A stretch of 37,461 nucleotides of DNA from Octopus sinensis (taxonomy: Eukaryota): positions 1-37,461 of the forward strand of contig NW_021836845.1 in NCBI RefSeq assembly GCF_006345805.1, read 5' to 3'. The notes beneath the pieces are model-generated. The model was not told the DNA's origin, made no database searches, and saw only the letters and a program-made list of their open reading frames with translations. The position numbers and the translations under genes are program-made. Positions within the stretch are counted from its first letter, which is position 1. Each line of letters begins with the position of its first letter. This document shows, piece after piece, positions 34,151 through 37,461 of the stretch.

Positions 34151-37100
34151 TGATTGATGATTGATTGATTCTAGTTTTCAGCTTATGAGCTGTGGCCATG
34201 CTGGGGCACCGCCATTTGGTGTTGCTACTTGGTTTCACTTCATGAAGCTTTCTAGCAACTGCCATTTGGTGCATGAGAGAGGTCGATGCAGCTGCCCTCA
34301 TCTGCCCCTCCTGCCGTGAAGTTTGTTCATCTGGGACACCTGACAGGAAGAGATCCAGCTTCATTTTAAGACATCTGCATCCACCCCATGCAGGTCTCTC
34401 AGGTTCTTCGGGAGGATATTGAAGAGCTGTGGGCCTCGGAAGCCCAGGCTATCACAGAATCTTATCCTACATCTTGATGGCAAGTTTGGAGTCCTAGGCA
34501 CCACGCAGTGGCGCCCAGTTCTGGCATTTGCGTAACTCTCGATGCCAAAGTTCAGGACACGTCCCTCCAGGATCTTCCAGATGTATATTATGGCATATCT
34601 TTCCAGCCTACGCTCCAGGGAATATAGTTTTACTCTCTTGAGTCTTTCCCAGTAGCTTACATTCTGCATAGAGGCTATCTTCTTCGTGTAGCTACGTTGG
34701 ATCGCCTCGAGCTCTGTGATCAACTTGACACTGGATGGTGACCATAACTGAGAGCAGTAGTCAAAGTGGCTTAGGACAAGTGTCCTCCAGAGGACCATCA
34801 TGGTTCTTGTTCTCTTGTTCTAAAGGTTCTGAGGATCCATCCGGCCAGTCGTCTACATTCATTTCATTGCCATTTAGCAACATGTACACGAAAAGGTCTC
34901 GCATCACTCATGTAAATACCTAGGTCACGCACTGATTGTGCCTCTGGGATTGCTATTCCTCCGGGTCCAGTGTATTCATGGGTATTGCATTTAGTTTTGC
35001 ATGCTGATAGTATAAGCTTGAAACTTTTCAGCATTGAACTGCATGCTATTCTTTTCGGCCCACTGTATATTTTGTCTAGCTCACTTGCAGGTGTTTAGTG
35101 TCCTCAGGGTTCTGTATTGCCTGTGAAACTTTTGTATCATCTGCATAACTTGTGATCGTGGCTCTCTGCGTGGCTGAGGGCATGTCTGAGAGGGCCATTA
35201 TGAACAGTAGTGGTCCCAGAACAGTGCCCTGCGGAACACCGCTCACTATTTGCGTGTTAATGGAAGTGGCCCCATTGGCCACTACCACCTGACTTCTATC
35301 TTTCAGAAAGTCATGAAGCCATTCTCCCAGTTTTCCAACTATGTTGAGATCACGCAGTTTGTGACATATCATTCCATGATCGACTTTATCAAAGGCCTTT
35401 GCAAAGTCGAGATATAACACTTCCACATTTGACTGGTTGAGCATCCGTTTCAGAACCCAGTCATAGTGTTGTAGGAGCTGAGTTAAACAGCTTCTCCCTG
35501 GTTGGAAACCATGTTGGGTGTCGGGCAGCAAGTCATTCTCTTCAAGGAAGGTGATCAGCTTCCTTCTGACTATTCGTTCCATGACCTTGCTGATGTGTGA
35601 GGTCAGAGAGATAGGTCTATAGTTCTTGGCTTCCGCTCTGCTACCTCCTTTATGAATAGGGCATATTTTACCTTCCTTCAGTTTTCCTGGAAGTTTGCCA
35701 GCTGCAAGGAAGCTCTGAAAGACAACTGCAGTGGTCTTGCTAGGACTCTCTTACATGCTTTTAGGAGGATTGCCGGGAATCCATCGGGGCCAGTAGCTGA
35801 GTCTGTTTTCATTTCATCTATAGCCTTGATTACATCGTCTTCCTTTATATCGATGTAATCTATCGTCGCCGCCGCCTCTGTTTTATATCTGCACTGGTAA
35901 AAAAGTCAGTTGGATTGGTGATTTGGAGATGCCCAAGGGTTGGAGTGAAAACACTCTTGAATTGCTCATTCAGTATTTCACTACCCTCATTGTTTCCTGT
36001 AAGTGTGCCATCCTTTCAAGGAGTGCCCTATTCTACAGTGCACCGTAGCTGTTTCTTTTGATACCTGTAGAAGGCTCTGGGGTTAGATTTTATGTTGTTT
36101 ATAGCCCAGGCTTCTTTGTCTGCTCTTTCCTTTTCATGGGAGAGTTGCAGACATTTTCGATTTCCAACAGTTTTATTTTTATTTTTAGGCGGGACTTTTA
36201 CTGCTTTCAATCTGTTTGTTTAGGCGATTTGAAATTTTGTACGCCATCTCATTAATTTTTCCTCTCTCTGGGGATTTTTGTTCTGTGTACAGTGGCCTTT
36301 CTCTCTGGGACACATTTGTAGCATATGGCTTGCATTACAGACATGATTGTTGAAGTTTCACGTCGATGTCTGGCGAGGAAGAGACATTAGGCCAGTTTTT
36401 GTTTGAGGATCTCTTCTCAATTGTTTCCAGTTTGCCTTATGGTAGTTCAAGCTGGAAAGATTCTGAGGTTTCTTGTAGGCTGCATGTCGTGCTCTCTTTT
36501 GGCCCGTACATGGTCAGCTCTATCAGTTGTGATCCGAGAGTAGTGTCGGTGTCACTTTCACGTTATGGATGAGATCCTGTCATTTGTGAAGCAGAGATCC
36601 AGTGTGTTACCTGCCCTGTTGGTTGGAGTATTACCTGCTCCATGTACAGGGTGTTGATGAGGTTCAGGAGGGACCTCGTCTGTCCTCGTTCACATCTTGT
36701 CATTCCTGGGAGAGAAAGGCCCTCGGGCCATCTGACATTGGGCAGATTGAAGTCTCCCATAAGAAGTACACTTATGTGTTGTTCTAATGTGGTTAGAACT
36801 TTCTTCTATTTTTATAAGGCAGTCTTCAAACTTGCCCACATGGCTGGGGCATCTGGAGGGTGATATGTAGCACACACAACTACATCAAGTTGCCTAATAT
36901 GTACAATTAGTGTGTCACACACCGAGTTTGAGTATGACAGAGGACCTGGTTGTGAGGTCCTCACGGATGTACATAGCAACACCTCCATGACTCCTTTCTT
37001 TCCTGTCGGTCCGTAGTACAGCAATGACTGTGGTATTGTACCTCCGCATCTGCTGCTATCCGGTTTCAGGTGCGTTTCCATTAGTGCTATGCATAAGGCT

Positions 37101-37461
37101 TGATTGCATGCAACAAAATCTCTCAGGAACGGGATTTTTGTCCGTTTACTGAGTGTTGCAGTCCTCTGATATTCAGTAGGAGCATCGAGGTGAGGTGTAC
37201 GTTGTTGCCGGTGGTGTCCATCCTGTGAGTCTGTTTGTGTGGTGGTCTGGTATATAGTGGGTAGTCCCACCTGCGGGCTTGGGTTGATGAAGCCAGGTCA
37301 GCTGCTGTACAATCTTTTGTGCCAAGAACAAAAAAGATTGTTGCTAGCAGTGCCCTTTCGACAACATCATGTTGGTGGTTTGTGGCACGCACAACATCTG
37401 CGTACCTCCGCTTTGGGGCAAGTGGTGCGTGGTCCATCCCTTTTCCTTGTGTTGATGGTTT
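34150..37461 (-). mobile_element. CR1-like LINE (APE plus RT), frameshifted, running off the window edge, with an (ATCA)n-like tail
   Basis: ALMETHL, YHPP, GDFNLP..W, QHGFQPGRSCLTQL, YLDFAKAFDKVDH, SGVPQGTVLGPLLF, YADD and LSHFDYCSQLWSP. Confidence 0.93.

Overview
Eukaryotic, AT-rich, microsatellite- and transposon-dense DNA. The repeat content suggests an octopus or other coleoid cephalopod (inference, not verified). One host gene runs on the + strand: an SLC1-family (EAAT/ASCT-type) amino-acid transporter, seen as two small phase-1/phase-1 coding exons (783-857, 17263-17385). They are separated by a 16.4-kb intron and followed by an intron of at least 20 kb. Both introns are filled with decayed, nested mobile elements: several RTE LINEs, two CR1-like LINEs, two Hero/NeSL-like LINEs, a hAT transposon with TIRs and an 8-bp TSD, a piggyBac remnant split by an RTE, a Penelope-like RT, SINEs, Helitron/Helentron-like non-autonomous elements and a 119-bp-arm foldback. 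The most notable signals are absent from the ORF track. These are two minus-strand type I hammerhead ribozyme motifs. One (4613-4666) is nearly canonical and sits in a 322-bp unit bounded by 62-bp direct repeats inside the hAT element, a retrozyme-like arrangement. The other (25317-25450) is a minimal Penelope-type motif with a large stem II insertion. Element boundaries are approximate unless a TIR, TSD, splice site or tail is quoted. Family names come from recognising protein motifs, not from database searches.
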